A stretch of DNA of 62,070 nt, counting the filler, from Rhabdomonas costata (taxonomy: Eukaryota), in assembly GCA_019059605.1 (NCBI GenBank). It is 29 parts of 29 records of this genome, joined end to end, with 100 filler letters (N's around TTAATTAATTAA, not from the genome) between each part and the next. Parts side by side here need not be neighbours in the genome. Positions count along the whole stretch, not along the records: positions 38,595 to 40,637 come from JAHMHO010006139.1; positions 40,738 to 42,771 come from JAHMHO010006140.1; positions 42,872 to 44,915 come from JAHMHO010006141.1; positions 45,016 to 47,068 come from JAHMHO010006142.1; positions 47,169 to 49,202 come from JAHMHO010006143.1; positions 49,303 to 51,347 come from JAHMHO010006144.1; 23 more parts are not named here. The stretch is one strand, 5' to 3'. Below are positions 38,595-49,358 of this stretch, one piece after another (position 1 is the stretch's first letter; each line of letters opens with the position of its first letter). The translations under genes were made by a program, and so were the position numbers. The notes under the pieces were generated by a model that saw nothing but the letters and a program-made list of their open reading frames with translations, was not told the origin of the DNA and did not search any database.

Positions 38595-39310
38595 CTGTGT
38601 CATTTTGAGGAAACATTTCTTATTGTGTGATTACAGTGGGCTAACTAATCATATGCGTTATGTCACCTCCACGTCTAAGTTATGATGTTGGCATCCTGAG
38701 GGTGAGTGGAATCAGAGGTACCATGGTGATGTTAGTGCAGATCATGAGTGTTAGTGCTTATGTGCACCTGTGTACTTGTGGCAACACTAACTCAGCTGCA
38801 GATGAAGTGTGAAGTGAAACTTGACCACTTAAAGCATCACCTCCACAACAGGAAAGGTGTTGTATCCAGTGCGTAGCATCAATCTTACCATAATGTTGAT
38901 GTTGATATTGATGATGCGTGTTGGATGTAGGCATTCTACATCCTGTGGTTAATGGTGCGATGCAAGGCCAACTCTACAAAGAGGTGAGACTGAATTTTAG
39001 AGTGAGTGATGAAAACCAACCATGATATCGATGTCAACACTGCGCATGATGAACCCACGATGGTGATGATTATGGTTCCAATAGAGGCTAATGATGAATC
39101 TACTGCCACATCTGAGTGATGGTTTACTACCGCAGGTGTATACGCTACATCTGGTACTCCGCATGCGCCACTTCGTGACTGCATGCTCCGATTAAACATC
39201 TACTTCATGATATTATTCAACTTCAGCTACATAGATGAGTGATTGGTTGGAGGTACCAAGAAAGTAGCGATGTACATACGTAGATGATGTCAAATCTGTA
39301 GAAAGTCCAT
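38595..39310 (-). other. cob: Candidate U-indel-encrypted cytochrome b cryptogene (or a NUMT of one), 3' truncated
   Basis: Changing only Ts gives, in order: NLSYLFNFGSMLA..Q..SG..YTP, RxxHAAGTS.......IHLIKS, WVIGV, GG, KFFSLHFFLP, HLICLHxVGSSNAL, FHPY...QD. All four haem His are recoverable at correct spacing. Some segments do not decode cleanly. Confidence 0.75.
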
Positions 39311-39417
39311 GCGCCCTTACTGCGTTTGTCATCCCTCTTGTAATATTGCGCTGAATCGCTGACTCAGCTTCGCTTTGCTTAGCAAACTTTCTTGTCTCTA
39401 ACACTCTAACACCGCAA

Positions 39418-39625
39418 CGCAACCTAACATAAGATATCAGTGAAACATACGCCTAACATTTAACATTGTAAACACTACCCGTGATGACCATACTAATAAA
39501 GACTAGCGTGAAATTAAAGTCCACAATGACACACATAAACAACTGAGACACAACTAAAACACTCACTGTGACACAACCCAAGTTATAAACACACGCAACA
39601 ACCCGGTGGTTAAAGTGACACATGT
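39418..39625 (-). other. cox1: Candidate U-indel-encrypted internal cox1 fragment (~aa 309-375, bovine numbering)
   Basis: T-only decoding gives TMVISIPTGVRVLNWVVS..GG.....P...WALG.......GSLTGMVLSN...DVLMHDTYFVVA with canonical spacing. Confidence 0.6.
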
Positions 39626-40222
39626 TAAGTGACAACTGTTAGAAACTGACACCAAGATGCTGAGACCAAAGTGTCAGTACTCCGAACATGATCCAGCAGA
39701 GTGAGACATCATCTCATTAACTTACTACTAAGATACTCTCCGTGACTCTACTGCGTGATTTCTCGCCTACCACTCTATCACTTAGTAAAATGAAACCCAC
39801 TCAATCACTTTATCCTACGACATGACAAATGGACACCAGAAGCCTGAATGCAGGATGCCTAGATGCAATAACGACCAGATTTACTGCACCAACATGCTGA
39901 TGTGAGACGGGCCCTGCTGTTTAAAGTAGTGAGGATAAACCACTAGATGCTAAGAATCCACCATAAAACCCACTCTATCTGGCTCCCAGATGTCGCGCTG
40001 CGCCATATTCCTACGGAACCTACTCATCTGTTGTGTGATCCACATACAACAATGAAAACAGAAAACAACGAAATTCAAAAGAGAATAAATCAATAATCTA
40101 CACGAACTCCACTGTGTTACGTCCATGCTTTGAATTGGAGACCTACATGCACCAACACCACTACCATCAGTTGTAGTGAGTGTGGGGTCATCACTGAATC
40201 CATATAAAACTTAGGCATAACT
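39625..40222 (-). other. cox3: Candidate U-indel-encrypted cox3 cryptogene (or a NUMT of one), 5' end cut by a transposon
   Basis: GLRVSxxWFILSEFVLF (40110-40063), IPLLNTAVLLLSSVSITxxH (from 39936), a GxHxxH motif, and literal TAC TGA CAC TTT = YWHF (39679-39668) with UGA=Trp. Confidence 0.7.
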
Positions 40223-40637
40223 GGATTATTGGACTCACCACAGGAAGAAATTTCAAAAATGAAAATGACCATTTCGAACAGCGTCCAACAGGCACAAAAA
40301 GGTGTCAGCGTCAACTGGGAGATTGTATACCCACTAAAACGCCTGCATATTGTCCCACAAGAGGTGATATTTGATCCCTCCGCGAGAGTTGATTCAGGTC
40401 TTGAGGCGGCCCCACCAACCTTCGATCCAATTGGTGTGGACCCTGCGGACCTTACCGTCCACTGTAGCAGACTTCGAGTAGACACCGTTTCCAGGATCGA
40501 CGTACTCGCGGAAAAAAGCCGGCTTTTTTGGTCACAAGAGCGTAACAGCAAGATCCATCAGTGAATAGAATAGAGCCCTTCTTGATCTTTTCAGAGATCC
40601 ACTCAGCTCCTGCACATCAGTCATTGGCCATCCACAA
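40223..40637 (-). mobile_element. Decayed Merlin (IS1595/ISXO2-like DDE) DNA transposon, 3' part with putative terminal inverted repeat
   Basis: WISEKIKKGSILFTDG..Y...[frameshift]...VHTNWIEGWWGRLKT*IN..GG....L......F*W.YN, stop at 40255-40253. Putative TIR GGATTATTGGACTCACCACAGG starts at 40223. Confidence 0.88.
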
Positions 40638-41184
40638 NNNNNNNNNNNNNNNNNNNNNNNNNNNNNNNNNNNNNNNNNNNNTTAATTAATTAANNNNNNN
40701 NNNNNNNNNNNNNNNNNNNNNNNNNNNNNNNNNNNNNGGGGTGGGGGCTGGGGGAAGGAAAGCACACCTCGAAGCTTAGACTCAGTCTGCCGGGGCTGCA
40801 ACGGCCTACAAAACGTTCTCTTCCCAGCCCGTATAAGCAAAATCAAAGTATACCCCAGCATCCTGGGAACAATCCAAAATCCACAGGAGAATTTGGCACC
40901 TTTCTGCTATTCGCTCTGGAGCGGCCAGAGAGGAAGGGGTTTTGAGTCATCCATGTAAGCTGCTTTATAATGGCATCAGTAACGAACAAAAATGGCTCCA
41001 GGACACTTCCAAATCGAAGCATTCCGGACCACTGCGGTGCCAAGGATTACATCACGGCAAAAGCTTTAAATGCGAAGCAGCTCCAACCCAAAGCTTGGGC
41101 TCGTTAGAAGATGGAGTCACCGGTAGTTTCGACACCAGCTTGCTGAAAAAAGAAACAGAAGCTAACGAAGAAAAAGCCATGGAC

Positions 41185-41641
41185 GACCCGAGGAGCCCGG
41201 GGATCCGTTGCAGCTGCTTGCGCCACCGGTGGGGTGAGAGCCCCCCTCGGCCAAGCTGGGCAGGGTCACCAGGAGGTCCCCACTGCCGTGGGTGCTGTGA
41301 ACGCTGATGGCGCCGGGACTGAGATCCACGGCGGTCACTTTGCGGCCAGGGGCGCCTGCCAGACCCCCACTGATGGGAAAGGAGATCTGGTTTCGCTGCT
41401 GAGAAAGCAAAAGAAAAAACTCATCATCATAAGAATAAATGAGAGATGAGCTGATGCGAAGGTGAGGATCAAGATGAAAATGTCTGTGCTTGAGATCTCA
41501 GTGAAGGACTTCTGCTGTATTTCTCTGTTCTGAACCCCTCGCGACTTCAACTTCAAGTGCGGCCGCTGCTGTCGGCGTGGTGCAGTTTCCCTCGCGAGGC
41601 CTTTTCCGGAAGAAGTTGAATACCGATGAGCGTAATACCGC
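41185..41641 (-). CDS. Hypothetical low-complexity protein exons
   Basis: AVLRSSVFNFFRKRPREG...NTAE|ISFPISGGLAGAPGRKVTAVDLSPG..., GC-rich with AG/GT boundaries. Confidence 0.4.
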
Positions 41642-42999
41642 TGAGTGGTGAGTGCGCATGTGTATGCATTGAAAGGTGCGTGAGGAGTGCTGACACACCA
41701 GCAAAAGCTCGTCCAGAGGGGGTGGCGGGGAGCCCTGGAACCCCACGCGCTCGCGATCCGTGGTGGAGCTGGAGCACAAGCCTTCCGTCAGCGCCTGTAG
41801 GAAATGGGGTAGTGGTCACTAGCGGGCATCTCATTGTCAAGACAAGTCCAAGGTGAGGGAAAAGCCATGGCTTTTCCTACGTCTTTGATGCCCCAGGGTG
41901 GGTCACACTCTGCTTCTGTGGTGATTGCTCTACCGACTCACTCAAGCACGCAGGCGAGGGGAGAACACCAAACCAAAGGGGACTTCATCAGCAAAACACA
42001 ACAAAAGTGGCACAGCAATGTCCAGCGCAAGACGGTCCCTACACAGTAATGAGGCATCCCATTCTCCCGCTTCCCTTCCTGCAAAGCAGTGAATCTACTT
42101 CGCAAAATTTCGTCCCGCCCCGCTCCACGGCCCTTTCCCGTCTTCCCAACTTCCCTCAGTTGCTCAGGCATCCTTCCTGAAATAGGCGTTCACTCCCTAT
42201 TTCCTTTTTACATTTTCCAGACGTTACCCGCAAACAAACTTGTTGCTGTTCACACACAGACTTTCTCTCTCTTTCTTTCTTTTACAAACTACGTTGACAA
42301 ATGGCAAATCAGTACAAAAATGAGGGCTAAGCCGACGTCGGCCTGGGGTCTAAAAACAAGCTATGGCTTTCCGACAATTTTTTCAACGCACTGACACTGC
42401 AGCATTTGTTTGCAACCAACTAGGTCATGGAAAAAACAAGGCCTTTGTGTAGCTGCATTCTCTTGCCAACGGGGAAACGGAACTTTCCGAAGGAAATTGC
42501 TTCTTTGAAGCAAATTTTCATAGACAACCACTTCAGGAGAATAAACTGCTTGGACAGTATCCTAGAAAATTCCTCAAAAAGCAGCTCAAGCAGCTCAGAC
42601 CTTCCTGACTCTGCCAAGCGCTCGGCTGGGAGAGAAGGGCTGCGGCGGGGTGTCCCCCGACATCGATGACCACGGAGCCAGTGTGCTGCCCATGCTGAAA
42701 TATGATGGGAACAGAAATAGAAGTAGATCTATGCCATATCCCTCGATTTGGCACTGAATCTGAAAACCCAANNNNNNNNNNNNNNNNNNNNNNNNNNNNN
42801 NNNNNNNNNNNNNNNTTAATTAATTAANNNNNNNNNNNNNNNNNNNNNNNNNNNNNNNNNNNNNNNNNNNNGTTGTGTGGGGGATAAAGAGCCTTCAGGC
42901 TTTCGTCAGACCAGGTTTTTATGCTCGGTGGAATGGACGGTGCTTTGTAGCGTGGCCGATATGGATGTAAAAGGTTTGACTCAGAACCACTGGCCGCCT

Positions 43000-43960
43000 T
43001 CACTGCGCTGCCGCCACCGCATTTGTGTGCGGTGCTTGTGCTGCATTCTGCCTCTCATGTCGTGGCTGCTTCTGTGCTGCAACCTCCAGCTGTCGTTTCA
43101 GGTGGCAATTACTTGCGAAGTGTCCCTTCCGTAGGCAGTTGAAGCAATGGGCGTCCTGAGATGACCCGCGTCTCGGTGGGGACACAGTCCGCTGCAACAA
43201 AAGGCTGGGTCTGAGTCCCGACCCCTGACCGGAGGGTGGGCCCAACTCCATTGGTTGATTTACCGGTAGATAAGTCGTCGTGGGCTGTGTCTAGCATCGG
43301 CCCCGTCAACCTGACGGCCAACCGCAGCCACTGCCACTGCTGTAGCCGCGCCCATACCACATTACTGGGGAGGGCGGTCGAAAACTTGGTGGGAAAGCTG
43401 CCCGATTTACTGGTGTGGCACGATGCTGAAACCCACCCACTTGTACAAGTGTGATCGGCCCTCGTGTTCATCTTCTGTCTTGTGTCAGCCAGTTGACTTA
43501 TTCGACTTGTGCGGCAAAAGCGGTCCATAAAACTCAGGTGCGCAGCGGATTGCTGCTGTAGACAGTGGGTTTTCTCTGACGTTTGATGTTGCCATAGGCT
43601 CTGCTGCCCTTCGAGAAGCTGCAGATTATGACTTGTGATAACCTTGACAACTTCGTAAATCTCGGTTTGACTTCTCTTGTTCAATGTAGCCATCCGTGCC
43701 TTCCATGGCCAGCTCAAAGGCTTGATTCATGGTTGTTGGCTTGCCTTTTGCTACCAGAAAATCATCAGATCAGACCTTTAATTAAGGCAATGAGGAGTAT
43801 TGTCGGTAAGCCTGAAATTTGGAGTAGAAGAGATTGAAATATCCGTTCGACATTTTGGATTGATATAGTTCCGAAAGTAGTCGGGTCTCGATGTCCCGTC
43901 CCGCAGCGTTGGAACGAAATCAGCCCAGTTTGTGATTGAGACTTTGTCGAAATGGCCATG
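43000..43960 (-). pseudogene. Decayed retroelement gag-like sequence with a CCHC zinc knuckle
   Basis: CFNCLRKGHFASNC (CX2CX4HX4C) at 43146-43105. Upstream reading frames are broken by stops and frameshifts, and no introns are seen. Confidence 0.7.
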
Positions 43961-45039
43961 TGCGCCGACCACCGATTCGGCGTCGTATGCTCCGGCTTTT
44001 CCTGAAATTCCAGCGGCCATTGTTCCGGCTCTTGCTTCCCATTCGTCCCCGCATTTCGTCACATTCAACCACCATTAGGCTGTTGCACCCTCCTGGCTTG
44101 CATGTTTTTATGTGCTTCGTTTTCCGTTTTCGCTTCTGTGTGTGTTATTTCTCCGTGCGTTTCTGTGCTCGGCTTTGATGTAACGGTCCAGGTCGCCAAG
44201 GTGTTCATCATTCCAGAGGAAGATACCCAGGACATCAAGGTGTTTCCAGAGATTAGTTTCCAGATATTTTATACAGATTCCAGAGATCCGACAAGGTGAG
44301 CGGAGACGGAAGTAGAATCTCAGCCTCTCGTGATCCAGCTCCTGGCCAAACGCTAGGTCAGGCTACATATCCACAGCTGGGCAAGAGAGCAGAGCAGAGC
44401 AGAGCAGAGTAGGGCCAGGTGGGAGACGGATGGCCGATAGAGTTAGTTGGGGAAGACCCCGGGTGAAACAGAGAGCCAGGCCACGGGAGGGAGTCCGCAT
44501 GGAAGGTGAATGCGTGCACACGACACGACTGCAGCGATTCGGGTGGTATGCTTTCGGAGTTTTTCAGAGGAAGAAGGATGCATCCACAGTGTTTTTCCAG
44601 GGTTTTCACAGATGAAAGAGACAAGGAGGCCGAGATTTCAGAGGATTTTTACATACAAGGCCTCATGGGATGCAGGCGGAGAAGACGGACAGTGTGAGGT
44701 GCCCGAAAAGAACCACAGCAGAGCCGCAGGCCAGAGCCGAGCGGAGACCAGGAGGGCCATGCAGAGGGTATCGCATCTCACACCAGTTGATTTCAGAGGA
44801 GTCGAGTTCATCTCATTCCCACGCCTGAGTTGAGGTCATCCCAATTCCAGAGGTGGGTTACGATTTGATTTCAGGAAATCCGCCACCTCCAAAGCCGAGC
44901 GCAGCCCCCGCAAAANNNNNNNNNNNNNNNNNNNNNNNNNNNNNNNNNNNNNNNNNNNNTTAATTAATTAANNNNNNNNNNNNNNNNNNNNNNNNNNNNN
45001 NNNNNNNNNNNNNNNGGTTTGGGTGGAAGGGAAGAGAGA

Positions 45040-45073
<34 letters not shown>

Positions 45074-45259
45074 TTGGGTTCCCAGGGGTTTGCCAAACCC
45101 CGCCCCTATCAACCTCAAATGTTCTTGCTGTTGTTCTTTGGGACGCAAAACATGTCTTGAGCAGGCGCTTTTGTAGTTCAAGAGTAGGTCCTTGCCCGCC
45201 GTTTGCCGTTGTGAGGTTGCCAACGCGGATGAAGTCGGAATGTTGGGTACCAAACCGAC

Positions 45260-47000
45260 CAAATTGTTTTTTTAGAGTGATCAAGAAGGCAATCCCAGTG
45301 GTGCTGGGTTATCCATGGGTGATCCAACGAGGCTAAAGGAGCAGATTGATTGGAAGTGCAGAAATTTCAAGGTGTGGAGGGATATGGGGATATACGACAA
45401 ACAGGCACTTCAAAGTACATTAAATCAAAAATGTTGGTGGCATGGCAAAAGGAAGTTGCTGCGGTATACCTTCTGACTTCCCAAATCAGAACGTTAAGGA
45501 CAGGCCCGAGCAGTTCAGACGTCCAGAATGTCCAAGTCTTGTTGCATACAATTCGACGTAGTGCAAAAACAACTTCAAAGTCACATCCACAGGTCGTGGT
45601 TTCTGTACTTAAGGTGAAAGAGGTATCAGCGGGCTATTGCTTAGTCGCAAGAGTCAAAATGGAATGTCCAGAAGGAAACTACTGGATTTTCCTCTGAGGT
45701 GGTTAGGGAGGTGATTAAGGAGAGGTGCAATCACTTTAGGCGTCTTTGTGCTGTGTTAACAAAACATCCAGAGATCTGGAGGTTAAATCAAGAATCTGCG
45801 AACGACGTTCCAGCGTCAGTTCTGCGTGTTTACTCTCTTCAAGTATGACGGACCATATAATTGATTTAAAGCCGGATTTCGTCAATAGTACCTTACTGGT
45901 ACCTTACTTAATTGAAGAGACTCCATCAGTTTGGCTTTATAGAGCCAGCAACATTGCTTTATGGCACAGTGGTGCTGTTTATTCAAAAGGATTATGGTAA
46001 GTCTGTGATGATTACAGACCGCTAAATGCAATATTACAATTACCAATGCATACCACACACCACAAATCTACACGATCACGCTTGGAAGGCAAATTGGTTC
46101 ACGAAGTTGAATTTGCATGCTTGTTTTATAATATTAAAATTCATCAACAGCATTGGCGCTATGTCATTACTGGAACCACCTCGTGTCATTTGCATCATTA
46201 ACCACCATGTTTTCGGTGTATTTTAAGCACCAAAGGTCTCATCAAAGTCTCATAAATGTGGTATCAGATGTGGAATCAGACACTTTATGGCCAGATTACT
46301 GGTTAAAACAAGCAGTGTGGAAGATGTAAGCCAAAACGACTACAGCGGAATTGTTGGATCCGAAGAAAGAGCACCATAGCAGACTTTGGTATTTGGTTAA
46401 GATTGAGGTACCAATGAATGTAGAACAAGAGATAATTTACAGGTACAAAGACATCAGCAGCGTATCATTTGGGATAAAAACGCACTTACAAAACCGCACA
46501 AATTCAAGAACATCAAGAGAAGTATACGTGCTTACCAAAGATGCAAAGCTGAGCACCATTTGCCGAGAGGTCACAGGAGGTGCCAGTGAGAAAATGGGAA
46601 TCTTTATCAATAAATATTGTGCCCGTGCATTTTTCCCAAGACTTAGATGTGAACGAGGTGTCGAAAGTCACGAATAGGGCAACCAATATGGTGGTTCTGA
46701 TACCACAACACAATGAGACGAATGACTATGACACTGCGGAGGTGTTTTAGTTAGAAGTGGAGATTGCTATCAATAGTGCACCCATTGAAAACAAGGAATG
46801 CAGTCCCTTCTAACTCTTATTCTGGCATCACCGTGTGTTTTGTTGGGACCTGCATGAGAACCAGAGCTACGTCCACGAGTAGCAATAGAGACAGTGATAT
46901 ACCACGTCAAAAGAATGAAGGCAATTGGGAAAATGTGCGTGAGTCATTTGAGAGATAAAGCAGAAGGCTGCAGCGTATGTCAAGGGCAACACGGCAGATT
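45260..47000 (+). mobile_element. Highly degenerate Ty3/gypsy pol remnant (protease end, RT, integrase) with large internal deletions
   Basis: Ordered remnants across frames: VVLGYPW, DHIIDLKPD, GFIEPAT..YG..VLF, DYRPLNA, WFTKLNL, HLG*KRT, PVRKWESLS, NRATNMVVLIP, EIAINSA...SPF*L. Confidence 0.85.
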
Positions 47001-47203
47001 ACAAGTTCAGTGTGGGTCAGTATCAGAGCATGCAGCACCAATGGATGTTTTGAGACCTACCAAAAACANNNNNNNNNNNNNNNNNNNNNNNNNNNNNNNN
47101 NNNNNNNNNNNNTTAATTAATTAANNNNNNNNNNNNNNNNNNNNNNNNNNNNNNNNNNNNNNNNNNNNTTTTTTTTTTTCGATTGTGAATCTGTTGTGGT
47201 CAG

Positions 47204-49202
47204 CTTTTTGGCAAAGTACTCTCTTAAAACTCGGAAGTACCTGGGGACGACCTCGATGCCTCCCGAGCTGAGCTTCATCATGGCAAACATGGCCCAGATT
47301 AAGCCTGGCCAACTGGTGTTCGACGTCTTTGTGGGTATGTTATGTCTGATTTGTGCAAACTTAAGCCTGGCCGACTGGTGTTCGACGTCTTTGTGGGTAT
47401 GTTATGTCTGATTTGTGCGCCAAAGCATCCCTTGCGGTCTGGTATCACCGTCTTCCTCCACCTCACTGTACTCCTCGAAAACTATGTTTCAATGGATCTC
47501 GCTCGGGCAACCTTCTGTCTTGGTTCCCTTACCGAAAAGTCTGGTAATGTTTTTCATTCGCGGGGTTGGTTCATTCAAGAAAGGGCAGCAAAAGGGAACG
47601 ATCTGGTGGTGCGGGCCCCCGTGAATGATAGGCGCCGGCCCGCTTTCCCTCCTTCCCCTCCCCATCTTCCCCTACCAAATCTTTGATGCATAACCCGTTG
47701 CATTGTATGTGCAAGTTGTTCCAGTATTAAATGTCTCTGTGTCTGGGCATTAGCGAGAATAGGTGATCGTGGCCCTGTGTACACTGTGAGGGTGCGCTGG
47801 AACAGGAACAGGCAGCATCCTGGTTGCGGCTGCGCACTTCGGTGCGACCTGCGTTGGGATCGACATTGACCCCCGGGTGCTGCAGGGCAAGAACGGGGTG
47901 GACGTGCACACCAACTTCCACCAGTACGGGCTGCCCTGCCCGGACTTTGTGCGTGGGGACCTTGCCCACGGCTTCTTTTTGAGAACTTCCGGTGCCCTGC
48001 CCCCTGTGTGTTGTTTTGTTGAAAGAAAATAGCAGCCATGTATGGCTGCTGTGGAGGGGGACGGGTGCTCCGTGTTAATGGGTCAATGACTGTTGTTGAT
48101 GATCGGCTGTTGATGATCGGCTTTTTATGCGGTTAAAGACGGTGGCTAATTGACACTCTCTGCAACAGTGGCCATCGTGGATGAGAGGCGGGTGGAAGAG
48201 GAAGTATTTTGTCTTCGCGCGCACTTGTGTGTATGGAAGCAATCACACACCTCAGAAAGATTTAGCTGAGGTTTTACTTATTTTTGAAGACGGGTACTGT
48301 GCACGCAGAGATTGTCGACGCCATTGTCTGTGACCCTCCGTATGGGGCCCGCGCCGGAGCTCGGAAGGTGAACACTGTTAAGATGGAAACTGCGCTCCAA
48401 AATCCTGTTCGAACCACCCAACTGGTGCGGCGAATCTCCTTCGCTTCTCTTCGCTTTAATTCTTTGTTTTTCAATTTCTTTTTTCTCATTTTTGTGTGAA
48501 ACCTCGAAGAATATCCCGCTGACACATTAATTATTTTCTTATTAAAATGACACATTAATTACTTTCTTTAGATGGCACTGGCCGAAAGGGGCCAAAAACA
48601 AGGGATGATTCCGTTCATCTCTCTTCCCTGTTGCGTTGAAGCGCTCTCTCACTGTCATCTCGATTTTCTTTGAACTCGTTACTCCCTTGGTGTCTCTATT
48701 TGGTGATAACAGCTTTCCCACGCAGACCCAGAAAGATATGAGGAGCCTACTCGTGGCTGCTAGTGTATCCTTCTGCGCAAAGCCATCAGATCCGCCGCTG
48801 AACCCCTTCATCATTCCCACCGAAGGGTACACCCTCAGCGACGTCTGTGTGGACCTTCTGACCTGTGCGGCGAAGCTTCTGCGGGTCGGAGGTGTCTGAT
48901 TTCTTTTTTTCTGGCGCTTCCTACCTTTTGTCCGTGCCCAAGCCTTCTGTTCACACTTCAGTTGCGTTGGCTTTGACATACAATCACGGCTGTCCATTCC
49001 TTTCCATTTTCGCGGTGCAGTATTCGCCATAGTCCGAGCCCCACAAATACAAATGCAAAGCCAAAACCAATAGTCATGCCTGTCTATGTGTTGGAGACTA
49101 CTTGTTTCTGTTTTTTTCTTTTTCCTGTGTAGGCCACTTGGTGTTTTGGCTCCCCACCACGGAGGACTACACCGACCGCGAGCTGCCCTCCCACCACCCC
49201 CC
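47204..49202 (+). CDS. TRM11: tRNA (guanine-10-N2)-methyltransferase TRM11, five internal exons
   Basis: KYSLKTRKYLGTTSMPPELSFIMANMA...FDVFVG|TGSILVAAAHFGA..VGIDID...NFHQYGL|EIVDAIVCDPPYGARAG|...DLLTCAAKLLRVGG|HLVFWLPT. Confidence 0.95.
47299..47418 (+). repeat. 62-nt-period tandem duplication spanning a TRM11 exon end and 5' splice site
   Basis: 47299-47356 and 47361-47418 are identical except for one A/G difference. Confidence 0.95.
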
Positions 49203-49358
49203 NNNNNNNNNNNNNNNNNNNNNNNNNNNNNNNNNNNNNNNNNNNNTTAATTAATTAANNNNNNNNNNNNNNNNNNNNNNNNNNNNNNNNNNNNNNNNNN
49301 NNTGTTTTTGGTCCGGAAAACACACACAGAGCGCTGCTGTGCGCTGCAGTGCGCTCAC

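Noticed and set aside
39006-39546. Cluster of RTGATGA and CTGA motifs suggesting C/D-box snoRNAs
   Set aside because: No terminal stems or recognisable rRNA complementarity. TGATGA is explained by TCA/ATC runs on the minus coding strand.
39079-40221. A full-length colinear cox1 read by direct translation (SGLSSLL, GAVNLVV, ILLSDR, GACGVP, SSLASIG)
   Set aside because: Invariant residues (HPEVY, HH, RR) were missing, and the same DNA fits cox3 and cob better with invariant residues present. Recorded as a warning about pattern over-fitting in this contig.
40394-40396. TGA at a Trp-like position in the Merlin transposase
   Set aside because: The element also has a TAG and a frameshift, so it is decayed and uninformative about the genetic code.
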